Shown here: one piece after another, positions 13,768-30,055 of the stretch
How the letters are laid out: every line of letters starts with the position of its first letter
Position numbering within the stretch: position 1 is the first letter of the stretch
NCBI GenBank assembly: GCA_004022145.1
Contig: RCNU01000001.1
Origin: Paecilomyces variotii
Lineage: Eukaryota
Length of the DNA stretch: 64,000 nt
Reading direction: 5' to 3' (one strand)
The notes under the pieces: model-generated
The model's input: only the letters and a program-made list of their open reading frames with translations
The model's database searches: none
Told to the model about the DNA's origin: nothing
Program-made: the position numbers and the translations under genes

Positions 13768-14925
13768 ATGGTCCGTTCCTCGCCTGCTCGTTGAGCTCCG
13801 ATAGCTTCGCCGACTAACCACTTCCTTGATACAGACGTCCATAGGTACAGGCTATGACCTTTCGAACTCGGTCTTCTCCCCAGATGGAAGGAACTTCCAG
13901 GTAAAGCTACCCCCTCTCACTACCTCCTGTACTCCTCGACTGACCAGTCCTTGTTGCGCATTGTAGGTCGAGTATGCCGTCAAGGCCGTTGAGAATGCAG
14001 GAACATCTATTGGAATCAAGTGCAAGGATGGTGTCGTCCTGGCTGTGGAAAAGATCATTACCAGCAAGCTCCTGAAACCCGGTGCGAACAAGAGAATAGC
14101 GACTGTGGACCGCAATATCGGTATTGTGAGTAAAGCCATTGCCACCGCAGGATCACAGCAAGAGAAGTAGTGGCTGTTATTTTCCAAAGATATATTAATG
14201 CCTTTCTTTGACCCTCTAGGTCTCTTCTGGGTTGATCCCCGACGGCCGTCACTTTGTGTCGAGGGCCAGAGATGAGGCCTCGTCATGGAGGAGGACATAC
14301 AAGGGACCCATCCCCACATCAGCCTTGGCCGATCGGTTGGGCGGCTACGTCCAGGCTTATACTCTGTACTCCAGTGTCCGCCCATTTGGTGTGACTGCCA
14401 TTGTGGGCGGTTGGGACTCCGAGGTAGAGTTGTCTGTTGACGGCCAAGTCGGTGCTGGACCACAGAGCGGTTCTGGTGGGAAGGTCGAGGGCGCAAAGGC
14501 AGGGGGCCCCGGCCTCTACATGATTGAACCAAGCGGTCTATATTGGGTATGATGGGAGTCTTATCGGTGATGAGTGCATGATATACTGACATTGCATCCA
14601 GGGCTATTACGGTGCCGCGACCGGAAAGGGCCGACAAGCTGCCAAGGCCGAGCTGGAGAAGCTGGATCTTCAATCGGGGAACCTGAGTCTGCTTGATGGA
14701 GTCAAGGAGGCAGCTCGGATTATCTACATTGCGCACGAGGACAGCAAGGATAAAGAGTTCGAACTGGAAATGACTTGGATCAGTTCCACTGATGGCCCGA
14801 CGAAAGGCAGGCACGAAGAGGTCCCCAAAGACATTCTAGAGGAAGCTGAAAAGGCAGCGAAGAAGGCGCTAGAAGGCGAAGACGAGGAGGAGGAAGAAGG
14901 AACCGGTGAGCGAATGGAGGAGTAG
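13768..14925 (+). CDS. pre10: 20S proteasome subunit alpha7 (multi-exon; first exon is the ATG only)
   Basis: [33 protein letters not shown] and [14 protein letters not shown] motifs; acidic tail; stop 14923-14925. Confidence 0.95.
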
Positions 14926-15357
14926 AGGGTTGGGCATTTTGTACGACCCTTCAGTTAAATCGATGATGACTTGTGAGATGCAGTTCTAGACAGATAGACA
15001 TGCAATCTGCAATACGCGCGGATTTCTATCTCTGTACTTGACGTCTTAATTTGAGGTTCTTCTGAAATATAGCAGGCCACCCTACTATATCATGGCCCCT
15101 CCAAACTTTGGTCCTTGAGGATCCTGTCTCCCTTGGTCCTGATATGTGCATGTATTTATTTCTCCTAGTTTCCCCCCTGCGATCGGATAGGCAGGAAGCA
15201 GCTCAACACCATTTCCGGTGCAGCCAATGGTAAACTAAGAATTCCAAGCTTCCCAATATCCTTTGCTACCTTTCCTTTTTTTCCCATTTCCAAACAGCAG
15301 TACACCGCCTATAAGACCATCGTAGCCTTTCTTCTTTCCCCCATTCTTTTAAACCCT

Positions 15358-16192
<835 letters not shown>

Positions 16193-16681
16193 CTTTTGTA
16201 TGTATCGAGCTGTAAATAGTGAAAGTGCAGAGCAATGGGTAATAATAGAGGATTGTGAAGTAGATGCCGCGCCGGATTGACGTTGTGAGAGTGGTGGGGT
16301 TCCGAGTGACTGTCCAAATCCGTACAAATCGATGACTCCGCTTTATCGGATATCGTCGCTTAAAATCTACGATTATCCAGGACAGTGGAGTCACGATGTG
16401 GAAAGTGAGATAAACTGTCGGTGGCTATACGGATATGTAGCTTCATGCTGAACTGTACGAGAAACCCGCTTTATTCATACTACACAGCTGTTGCATTATA
16501 TTCTCTTAATCCGACAGAGTCAGTGTTTCAAACTTCGTGAAGCTTCCCGACTCTAGAAAGAAAACCCCCCCCCCCGTATGCTCCGTTCCAAAAGACAAGT
16601 CAGAAGAGACGAACCGGCCATGATCTTTGTCGCATTCAATGCCTGAAAAACAAAACGTGCAAATACCTCAAGGGTAATGAT

Positions 16682-19020
<2,339 letters not shown>

Positions 19021-19907
19021 GATGGATTCTTGGAGCTGCAAAGACTGTGTACTGAAAAAGAAAGAAAAGGATGCACTGGCCGTCTGTTGCTTTGTCTTCG
19101 ACTGAAGCGCAGACCGTTCAGCTTACCAGGCAGGTCGCAAGGGGCTCAAGGGCGCAGCAACGAAGGGACAAAAGGCAGAGATAGCAGCGGGACGTCAGAC
19201 CACGAGCTATCTAAGTTCTTAAGAGCCCAGAGAAGAAACGAAAGCAGCAACTGCACAGGCAAGTCAGGTTGGCAGCAGAGGAAGGTGAGAGCGAGCGATT
19301 TGGATGGAGGAGTGGACGGATGCCGATGAGGGGGAGCTGTATTGTTTTATGTAGCGAGATTCGACCCACACAAGCCCGGGCTGGGATAGAAAGCGGTGGG
19401 AGCGACCGAGGCGATCTCAGCAAACCAGCAACGCGGCCACCTGCAGTAGCGTCTCCAGAATAATCTCTAATCGACTATAATTAATGGATCTGATTCTGGC
19501 CGCTTGTCTCGGATTTTTGGCTTTCGAGCCAAGTGTCCGCAAACAACGTGTCCTCTCTCTTCTGCCTGTGCCACAGCCCACAGGTAAACACCCTAGAGAC
19601 TACTATGGTCGACTAGTTTGTGCTGGACAACCACTTGGGCATGTCATAAACTTGCCCTATCTACTATAGCTTCATAGCGACTGTTGCTATGTCAAGCAAG
19701 GATTACTACTACTGCAAGTCAGCCTCCCGCCTGCAACTAGTTAGTTAATTATCATTTTACTCCGTACTCTATTTCCACTCGAGAAGTGGCGCCCTATGAT
19801 CGTCATGATGCCTATCTACTAGTCAATACCTTCTCCGGATCAAGCAGTTGCCCTTCCTCATCCGGAGAACACAATGTACATTGTATCGGGTGAACAATGA
19901 ATTCTCT

Positions 19908-19931
19908 CATAATAATAATAATAATAATAAT
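19908..19931. repeat. (AAT)n microsatellite
   Basis: ataataataataataataataat. Confidence 0.85.
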
Positions 19932-22075
19932 CTTGGTAGCGGGAAAAAACTCTGCTTCAGTCGCCCACTCTAGAGCCATAAATAACAAAGGCTCCATGGA
20001 ACTAACTACGACCACCCATCATGATTGTGCTCCTTATTCAGCGATCCAAGTGCGCTCGATCCAAAAGAATAGTTTATTCGGGGCGTCCACCGGTGTTTGC
20101 GGCTGCGGCAGTGCAAGTTGCTATTTTTGCATCGAGCTATTGGCGCCAGTCTCACATCCCAGGTCCACCACGGCGTGCGTCGGATCAACAGGAGTCCCTG
20201 GTCGCTGAGAACCGACGAGACGAGACGATGAGGCGACTCTACCGTTAGAACCTGTGGACCTCCCCACGGAACCTGTGGCTCGCTTCCCTCGTGCTCGTAT
20301 ATCACTAACTCTGAACGGTATCGTTCTATCCTTGAGGAGATTATTTTTATTTTTTAACGGCCTTGACACCTCCGGAGAACGGTCTTTCCGACATTCTGCG
20401 TGGCTGGTCTGCCAAGAATGGGCTAGAAGATCCTGGTTAAACTTGGAAAGTATTGCTTCCCAAGGGCGAGGTCCCCCATTACAGCAATAATAGTAGCTGT
20501 CTAGGTAGATAAGTCAGTATCCGCATTCCAGGCTGTTGTCTCGGCTCTTCATCAAGCTAACGACTCTTGATCATGCACACAACTGGGGAAGAATTTGGAA
20601 TCTCGTCTCAGTGGCAGCCACTCACTATCTGATGATCAGCAAAGGAAGATAGAGGGATAAGAAAAAAAGAAATCTGCGAGTTACGGGTTCTTGCAGTTAT
20701 ACTTAGTCGAGTGTAACTATTCAGCAGTTGTAACTGTAATATGGGATATATTATACGAAAAAAAGGAAATTCAAACATCCTCTCTTTTTATTTACTTATA
20801 ATTTTGCACCCCGCCAAATGACCAAGATGGCGGTCACATCATTTCCTGCCACTGGATAAAAGTAATCTTTGCACGCGCTTAAAGCTGTTGAAGTCCCGTT
20901 CATAGGGCTCCCCCGATTGAGGTCTAGTGATGTCTTCAACCCAGCAATGTCAGCTGACATGGGAGACGTACCATCCCAGTGGGACGTCGACATTATCATC
21001 TATCACCCTACCAAATGCGTGGTGATTTGGATAATCTTTATTGCACCAAGAAATAAAAAGCACGCTTCTTTTCAAAAGCCTCAGATATTGAACAATGCAG
21101 CCAATCCCTCACGAAGCCTCAACGATGGGGATGACCGCAAAACAAAAGGCACAGGCTACACGGTTGGTTAAACCAAGAACAGCATTAAGCAATCCATAGC
21201 TCGTTCTCTATATCAATTCTCTCCCAGATACTGATCTTACTGGGAGACTATTATGGATTGCCTAAGACAGGTGGCACTGCTTTCCGTGAAATACTAATTG
21301 AGGTATCGCGCATAGTTCTCCTGCACTGTGCTCTACATTAGAGATCGCGACCGAATCCAAACACATCTTCGAAGAGACAGAGTGCCACCGTATATGGATG
21401 GAAGTAAGGGAGATAGAACGGCACCACGCAACAGTAAATGCCTTCGTTGCCTCTGAGGAGCGTGTGAGGCGGGCGGGCATCACGACAGTAACGCGAGCAC
21501 TGTAAGTATCTACCAGTCGAGGAGGAATAAATGAAAGATCCAGCAGAAGCGCTGACCGCCTACCACTCTGGCACAAGGTGTAGTCTACTCCGCCTTAGCG
21601 CGCTCCCGCCTCGCTAATTCCCCATCCCTGCCGCGACGACCGTCAGCCTTTTCTGGTCCAAGAGAACATCATCTACAGGATCTCCGCCAGCTCTTCACCC
21701 TCTTCGCAAGCCGGTTTGTCGGCCTCTGGACAATTGTCCTTCACTCCTGACGCGTGCGCCGTACCACCGTTTGGATTCCAGCGATCTCAGAGCTCCTATT
21801 TCTGGGGATATCTTGGGCCTGCGGAATTCCTGTCTCCGCCACCTCTCTACCCGCTCAATTCCCTACTCTTCGCGTCTCTGTCGGTCTGCACCTCCCCTGG
21901 TGGGAAAGCGAGTGTCTCGCGATTCACTATCGATGCGTTGAATCCTATTGTTCTCGACTTATCTGTCTCTGGAGATTCTGTCAACTACATGACTCTCCGG
22001 TAAACGCTAGAGCAGGTGTCAAGGATGGTCGTTACTTGTCGCGGCCGGTCTATATCAGGCTCGTAGCCATCCAAT

Positions 22076-25000
22076 ATGTCGCGCTCGTCAGCGGGCTTCG
22101 CGGATTTCTTCCCCACCGCGCCCTCCGTTCTCCAGCAGAAACGGTTCAAAGCCTCCCAGGAACGGCAGCGGGCCAAACCAAAACTTGATACGGACACAAC
22201 CGCGAAACCACTATCCGATCTGGCGGATAGCTCCCATGGAGGGGTTATGAGCACATCAACCAACGAGACAAAGGCTGACGGCGAACTGGGAATACCAGAT
22301 CAAGAGTCTAATGTGACACCTGGTCTTGTCGGCACTGAGCCCGCCTGCTCGACCGGCGGAGGTTCGTCTGGCTCAAGTTCGTCATTTTCTCAGGCCGGCA
22401 CAGGAATTGCCAATGGGCCCCCGTCCTATACCCTAACGCCTCTAACAAACGCGGAGTCATCACCTCCATGCAAAATCTCCAGTCCTTCCCAGTCGAAACC
22501 AGCATCTCAAACCGGTTTAGCCGAAGAGGCTCTCCGAAAAGGCACATCGGCAGACGACAAACGTGCTATTACCCCTCTTCGCACCCCTCCGACGCCGCAA
22601 TCGCAGGCAAGGGTACTTGGAAATAACGTCATTAAAGGCTATAAAGTGGCATATGATCCTGACCTCGATAGGAAGTCATCAAAAGAGAAACGCAAGAAGG
22701 TTCAGTATGTGGATATCATTGCTTCAGTCGATGAGACAGCACCATCCGACCCGCGCCTTGCAATTGCAAACTACACTCGAGGCGCCGGCGGCAAGCAAAA
22801 AACTAAATATCGCCCGGCGCCTTATGTATTGCGGCAGTGGCCTTATGATGCTGCTACGTCTATAGGACCGGGGCCGCCAACCCAGATTGTCGTTACCGGT
22901 TTCGACCCACTAACTCCCATTGCTCCAATCAATGCCCTTTTCTCGAGCTTTGGGGAGATCGCGGAGATCGACAACCGGACTGATCCCATAACGGGAAGAT
23001 TCCTCGGGATCTGTTCCATCAAATACAAAGATGCCAGGAGTTTCCGCGGCGGCGGTCCCGTCCCTGCCGCTGCTGCGGCCAGACGGGCTTATTACGAATG
23101 TAAACGTGAGCAGCGCATCGGGACACGGAAGATCAGAGTCGACTTGGACCGTGATGGCATTCTCACCGCTAAGCTGGTTTCTAGAGCTGTCGAAGCTCAG
23201 AGGCCGGACGGGAAGGCAGGAGTGCCTTTTGCGGAAGAGAAGAAGAACGAGCAACAAACGAAAAAGAACGAGCCCCCTCCGACTGCGCCGAAAGGCCCCT
23301 CTGGAAGATCCTCTATGCGACCTGCTATCGCACCGCCCGAGGGGCCCAGAGCTGCGATGAAGCCTGCGATACCGTCTTTGGTCGAGGAAACCCCGATCTT
23401 GAGCCAAATCAAGCGCGACCCCTATATCTTCATTGCACATTGCTATGTTCCTGTTCTAAGTACTACCGTACCTCACTTGAAAAAGAGACTAAAAATGTTC
23501 GAGTGGAAGGCAATCAGATGTGACAAAACTGGTTACTATGTCATTTTCGATAACTCTCGGCGCGGGGAGGAGGAAACAGAGCGCTGTTACAAGATGTGTC
23601 ATATGTCCGCTCTCTTTACATACGTTATGAACATGGAGAGCCAACCGTACGGAAATCCAAACTACGAACGCAGTCCCAGTCCTGAAAGAGTGGAAGCTGA
23701 ACGCCGTGAGAAAGCTGAAAAAGAGAGACTGGAGAGGGAGGCGCAACTTGATATTGAAGAAGAAAAGAAACAGAGGGCAGCGGATCTGGATCCTGCGCGA
23801 GAAGTACTACGCGTCGTTCTGTGTGAACTCAAGGACAAGCTGTTGGAAGACGTTAAGTCTCGCATAGCTGCACCAGCCTTGTACGATTATCTCGACCCAG
23901 AAATGCATGCGGCGAGAAGGCAGAAACTGGGTATTCCCGAACCTGAAGGCAATATGCGACCTGCTTTTCGGATCAGTATCAACGGCGACACTCCGTCGGG
24001 AACCCCCGATCCCCAAGCTGAAGTGTCAGCAAGTGGGCGTCGGCCTTTGGGCTCATCCAACTTAAATGTCCTTGCGCTTCCCAGAATACGGAAAGCCAGC
24101 GGCTTGGGTCGGGCAAATATAGCTTTTGTTGACGAAAGACGCAAGCGGCCGATTCGCAGGAAGGAAATCCGACCCCTGTACCATCGTCTGCAGCAGCTCC
24201 ACGACGACGAAGATTCAGACGAGGAACCGAATACGCCGTTGCTCAGGGATACAGAAGAACTCGAAAGCAGGCCTCCTAGCCGAATGAGTCTTGATTCTTC
24301 AGAGTCGGAAAATGAAGATCAAGAGACCAATCGTGAATCGTCGACAGTCGGAGATCTCGGAAACGATGATCCTAGTCTATCCGGCTTAGAAGGCAATGAA
24401 ACAGTTGATGGAGAGACTACCACTGAGAAATTGCAGCCCAATATCCGTGAACTGTCACCTTCCTCGCGAAAAAGAAAGCGGCTCAGCAAAGAACTCAAAG
24501 CGCGCAAGAGGCAGAAGGAGGATGATGACTTGTTTGGTCTCAGTAGCTCTGTCGAAGAGACGGCAGATGAACTGTCGACAAAACCTCTGGAATCCGAAGC
24601 ACCATTGCCCGCAGAGACGGAAGATCCAGAAGGCCCTACGGAAGCACAGGCTAAAGTCACAAAGACCAAGGCCAAGAAAAAGTCTAAGAAACAGATTTCC
24701 GAGGAAACAGCAGCGTTGGCGACCGAGGTTCTTGAACCACAGCCCGCGCTCGAGAAACCAGAGGAGGCACCGGAGAAGACAGAGTCGGATGATGCAGAGG
24801 TTGCGGAGCTTATATCTGACGATAGGGCGGAGATTAAATGGGGAGTCTCGAATGACATGCCACGTCCGACCGTGGAAGATGACGAGGATATCATCTTAGA
24901 TCTCGATGGGTGGCAGAATATCATAAAGGATGAAGAAGATTTACGCTTCCTCAGAGAAATCCTGGCGGATCAGCCAGCTGTCGTGGTCGGGAACCTAGCA

Positions 25001-25907
25001 GCTTGGGCGTGGAGACAGAAGGAGATCAAGGCTTTGAATCGGCCGCATGAGAAGGGTCCTGTGCATGAGCAAACGACTATTAATGGCTATTATGTGCCGA
25101 ACTGCACTGGCGCCGCTCGTACAGAGGGCAGGAAGAGGATATTGGAGTCGGAGAAATCCAAATATCTGCCTCATCGGATCAAGGTCCAAAAAGCACGTGA
25201 GGAAAGAGAGGCGAAAGCGAAGAATGATCCTCAGGCTGCTGCTGCTGAAGCCGCAAGGATTGCTGCCGCAAAGACGATCTCCAAATCCACATCAAGATCA
25301 ACGCGTGTGAACAACCGCCGCCTCATTGCCGATATCAATGCTCAAAAGCAGGCTCTTCCTACCCAAAGTGGAGAAGGAGATGTTCTTCGATTCAATCAAC
25401 TGAAGAAGCGGAAGAAACCCGTGCGATTCGCTCGATCTGCAATCCACAACTGGGGTTTGTACGCCGAAGAGAACATTTCCGCCAACGATATGATTATCGA
25501 GTACGTGGGAGAGAAAGTCAGACAGCAGGTGGCGGACATGAGAGAACGGAGATATCTCAAGAGCGGAATTGGTAGTAGCTACCTCTTCCGAATCGACGAG
25601 AACACCGTCATCGATGCCACGAAACGCGGAGGTATAGCAAGGTTCATCAACCACAGCTGCACGCCTAACTGCACTGCAAAGATCATTAAAGTCGACGGTA
25701 GCAAGCGAATCGTTATATATGCATTAAGGGATATTGAAAGAGGTAAGCTTGTCTATGGTCAAAATTACGTCGCGCATGAGCTGACAATTTTTTCTTTTTA
25801 TAGACGAGGAGCTCACTTATGACTACAAATTCGAGAGAGAATGGGATAGTGACGACAGGATCCCATGTCTCTGTGGCTCTTCTGGTTGTAAGGGCTTCCT
25901 TAACTAG
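22076..25907 (+). CDS. set1: Histone H3K4 methyltransferase Set1 (one 3' intron at about 25743-25803)
   Basis: RRM, N-SET (GAARTEG), SET ([17 protein letters not shown]), ELTYDY and post-[16 protein letters not shown]. Confidence 0.97.
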
Positions 25908-26402
25908 GAAAAGTGTCGGCGTATGTGGTCCTTTCAGTGCAGGCACAAGGTGGAATTGCATTCCAAGGCGTTTCAAAGTCCGGACATCTTCTTGCGGTCA
26001 GCATTCAGTCAATGGAGCAAACACAGACTCGATTGTACACTGCTTGCAATTTTGTGTTGTTAGAATCACAGGGTCTTCTTCAGCAACCCTAGCTGAAGAC
26101 GTGTACATTATATGAAAGGAAAAATTTAATCTTATGTAGTGATCTGCTGCGGTGGTCTCATTTCCAGCCTGGTGTCTGTTGGATCATCAATTGATGATCA
26201 CGACTCCTGTAGGCTACCTTGCAGTGGGTATATAAATAATACAAAAGCAATCCTAATACGCTTTTTTTTAAGCCCAGATCTCGCTTTCCTTTTCAACGTC
26301 CCGCCTTCGTCTAAACCACGCGTCTGCGGACCTCGATTTCATTGAACATGAGACACCCAGAAAACACCAGCGCCAAAAACTCCAGCTGCAATAAAATAAA
26401 TT

Positions 26403-27005
26403 TCAAACTGTCATAGAAGTCAGCGGAACCGCATAGCACAAAAAATCGATCGGACAACTCGTCCCGTCCGGATAGGGGAGATATCCCACCTAGATGGCTA
26501 GGAAGGAGAAAGTTTGCGATTCCTTCCTTTATCTTATACTCATGGCCACAGCTCCCACAGACTAGTTTCCCTTCGACAACGCGCGTCTCCAGAAGAAGCG
26601 TATGTAGATCTTTTAGCGTCTGTTCGTCGAGCGCTTCGCCTTCAGGCTTCGTTTCGGGGATGGTAGGGAATCCGAGCTAGAAATATAGAATCAAGGAGTC
26701 AGTATGGAGATAGGCTTGGAAAAAGAGAGAATGAATATGGGAAGGAGAGAGAGAAATTCTAGGCGAGGTTGATCAAAGTGGTTGAGATTCGAGTCTTTGC
26801 TTTTTTCTTTTTTTCTTACCTCGCTGGCCGTGATGCGCAGTGCGTCCCAGTCTATACGAGGGAGAATGTTGCGAATGAATTCTGGTTGAAGATCGAGTTC
26901 CTGCTGCTCGAGCTCTGCGTCTTGGAAATGGAGAGGGAATGCAGCTGGTGAGATCTTGCAGCTCTTGACTGCGCAAGAGATAAAGTTGGCCGTTACAACT
27001 TTCAT
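26403..27005 (-). CDS. trm112: Methyltransferase activator subunit Trm112
   Basis: MKVVTANFISCAVKSC...; exon 2 LLLETRVVEGKLVCGSCGHEYKIKEGIANFLLPSHL; tiny last exon. Confidence 0.92.
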
Positions 27006-27450
27006 GTTTTCGCTTTTTCTTTTTCTTCTTTTTTTATTCTTGGAAGCCTGAGTTGGTTGTCTAATCGGTGAACAAGTGTTCGAGTGAGCAACGGCTTTGC
27101 CTTTCAGCAGAGTCACAGCCTAAAAGAACAAAATAATGGAGCTTTTGAAGTGATCACTGATGTCGGAAAAAACGACGGACGAGAAACTGCGCTCCCGTAC
27201 AGTAGGTTATCTCCGAGGTTCCCCCCACCGCGGGGCTCCAAAGCCAATAGGAAAGCCCTAAGCCCTAAGGCATGTCATTACTTTATTCGTAACGACACTG
27301 CTTGTTTGTAAAGTCTGTCAATGAGATCATAGGTAAGAAGCTAAGCTTATAGATAGTAGATACATAGTGGGCTTTTGGTCTAGATCTCCAAATATAGTGA
27401 TAGTGATATTATTATTACTAGACTTCAGGTAAATCATTATTAGTATCATC

Positions 27451-28764
27451 TCACTTCACCTGCACATCTACCATGTCTAGATCAGCGATATCATAGTCAC
27501 TGACACATGAATCAGTACTCAGCCGCTCACCATCAAACAGCAAGTATATCTGCTTCTCTGCAGAGATGTGCTGTGAATCTCGGAATGATGCGATAATATT
27601 TGAGATGCGGGTGTTTGGAGTAACTTTCGCCCTCAGCTCACCATAACCTGGGCTTTTTAGTATCATCCTGATAAGCCCTCCAGTACTCTCTTGTCTGTCG
27701 TCGGATACAACCCCAACTTTAGAGATAGGCTCATTAGTCGAGTCTGACGGGATCTGTTGGCGGGAAGGCGCTACAGGAAGATCGGTCACAGCCTCCACGT
27801 GTATCTGCATGCTTTCTTCCTTATCTCCTAGCTCATCACTGACATCCCACAGACCTTGAGAACTGGCTCTGTTCTGACGACCTATACCAAGGCTTTTACA
27901 CGTAGTGACATCGAACAGCCGTCTCCCTTTCCAGGTCAGAAACACTGATGCAGTCATGTCTTTATCGAACCCTTGACGTTTACACCACGCTAACCGGACA
28001 TCCCTGAGCCTCTGGGACATTTTGCGGCGGACGATAAGTGGCATCGTATTCTCGATGTTCGATGTAATCAGTATCTGTATGATAGGGTCTTCACCGCTCT
28101 CCCCGTGAGAAGCACCTGCAGTAGCACGAGACTCGTCGCGAGTACTGTGTTCACGGCCTAGAGGCTGTACAGGACTTCCTTCAGTATCTTTCCGTAGCAA
28201 TAGCGGATCTGAGCAATGTGACTGCACCCTTTCTGAGATCTTCCTGTCCGGGGCTCGTCGAGCCTCTGATTCTTCGAGCGTACAGGCCTCTGTACGGTCA
28301 TTCAGCTCACTTCCATTCTCCGCCGCTGAGGAGACGGAGACAGGCGTATCAAGCCCAGATTCCAGATTATTAACAACATTATCAGGTTTCACCTCCGATA
28401 GTCGATCAGTCTCTGGTACCGGGGCACTTTCGAGGACATCGGAGTTGAGGTTGGTTGGTGATGAGTCTCGAGCAGATTCTACCACGTCGCTGTTGCTTGC
28501 GACTTCAGGACTTGGGCGTCTGTCCCCATCGGAGATTTCGGAAGCTGGTACATCTTCATTGGAATGTGATATGCGAGGCTTTTTAGCGGCTCCTCCGTCC
28601 TCGATATCCGCGATAGCATCGGTGTTATCGGTCTCTTTTGAGCGCGATCTTTGCGTGGCCGCAACTATATCAGCATAGATATGTTGCGAACGCTGATAGA
28701 AATTTGCTGTTGAGCCATCATCTTGAGTACTGGCCCACGAGGGCTTGTTAAAAAATGAACTCAT
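27451..28764 (-). CDS. Rad60/Esc2-like protein with tandem SUMO-like domains
   Basis: Acidic disordered N-terminus; FLTWKGRRLFDVTTC domain; C-terminal ubiquitin-like domain (LLFDGERL...DIADLDMVDVQVK). Confidence 0.85.
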   Translation of the reverse strand: MSSFFNKPSWASTQDDGSTANFYQRSQHIYADIVAATQRSRSKETDNTDAIADIEDGGAAKKPRISHSNEDVPASEISDGDRRPSPEVASNSDVVESARDSSPTNLNSDVLESAPVPETDRLSEVKPDNVVNNLESGLDTPVSVSSAAENGSELNDRTEACTLEESEARRAPDRKISERVQSHCSDPLLLRKDTEGSPVQPLGREHSTRDESRATAGASHGESGEDPIIQILITSNIENTMPLIVRRKMSQRLRDVRLAWCKRQGFDKDMTASVFLTWKGRRLFDVTTCKSLGIGRQNRASSQGLWDVSDELGDKEESMQIHVEAVTDLPVAPSRQQIPSDSTNEPISKVGVVSDDRQESTGGLIRMILKSPGYGELRAKVTPNTRISNIIASFRDSQHISAEKQIYLLFDGERLSTDSCVSDYDIADLDMVDVQVK

Positions 28765-29152
28765 TGCTGAGAATCCTTTGGAAGTTACGCGGAAGTCGGA
28801 GTGATGGGACGCGAACCTTGGCAGATGATGTTTGGCGCCTCAGGCATTCACAGGTAAGTTACAAGGTTATGGAGTGCCCATGTTAACTAATACTCCTAGA
28901 AAAGCCTAGCTTGTCTAATAGCATGTGTCAGTAAGGTTCTTTCGTATAATTTCTTAATTAGTTATTCTCTGATATTGCTATCTATTAACCATTCCCTATG
29001 CGGGCACAAACCCCTCGTTGCTGCTTGCCTCGTCTGCATCTCCCGGAGCCCGTCTAAGTACGGGTCCCATGACAATAGATCAAGGGGATTTCTCCCCTCA
29101 GCCACCGTACCTCTCAAGAAGGAGAGGCTCCAGGATACAAATTAGAGGCATG

Positions 29153-29870
29153 TTATATCCACTCTATTCTGTCATTGGTTCCCGTCCAACTGTTTCCTGC
29201 TCGGATATCTCCTGCACGATAGCTGCTGTAGAGGCGGGCAGGGCCGTCACAATCTGTGTGATGATTGTCTGCTGTCAATGATAGTGCTCGACTATCTGAC
29301 TCATTACCAGTATAGCTGTCTAGCAGCAGCTTGACGATATTTGTATAGCCATTCTCTGCTGCCAACGATAATGGTGGTCGACCTCTATCATCTTTTTCGT
29401 CGTGGGGCCAATTACCCAAGTCAAGAAGACAAGAAAACAAGGGCGCATTTCCAGACTGCGATATATAGGACAGAACGGGTCTCTTTCTTGAAAAAGAGAA
29501 AGTCCTTCCAAGGGCTTCGCGTTTGCTTCCAATAACGTACTCCTGCAGCATCCCATGATACCTTTTCCCAGAAGGCTGTTTCCTTGCATGACGCTCAATG
29601 AACACTTGAATCACCTTATGACTTCTGGCAGCAAGGGCTGCAAGTAACGGAAAGCCATAGCGTTCAGTTTACCCAGCTTCCACCTTGAAGTAATCCGAGA
29701 CGGAGGGTTTGATACTTTTGATAAGATTTGCCATTTTCTTTTTCTGCTAAGAGGTATAAAAGGCTGACATTCTTAGTATGCCTCCGTACTTCATGCTTTT
29801 CAAGCAAACCTATCAACTATCGAGCGTTATCCAATGTGTCAGAGGAAAGGTCCGTATAAATGTCTCCTGT
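29153..29870 (-). pseudogene. Ankyrin-repeat gene relic, probably the C-terminal part of a NACHT/ANK-type protein
   Basis: DDRGRPPLSLAAENGYTNIVKLLL ankyrin motif; upstream RYGFPLLAALAA and FPLTHWITL fragments broken by stops or frameshifts. Confidence 0.6.
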
Positions 29871-30055
29871 GTCACCTGCTGCTAGTTAGTCACCACTTCC
29901 TTCACTGTTTTAACTATCCAAGAATTCAACAAGAGGTTAGACTAGGTGTCTAATGCCGGATACGCCTCTCAATCCGGAAGCAAGCCGACGAGCATACTTT
30001 CATACGTCACCAACCCAAGTGTTTGCTCATCCAGCGAGCAAGTACTTACCAAGCC

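Noticed and set aside
13852..14814. 320-aa minus-strand ORF
   Set aside because: Antisense to pre10; no independent motif.
19100..22000. Many short ORFs in the 3 kb gfa1-set1 divergent interval
   Set aside because: No motifs or consistent exon structure; likely promoters and UTRs. No tRNA or ncRNA recognised.
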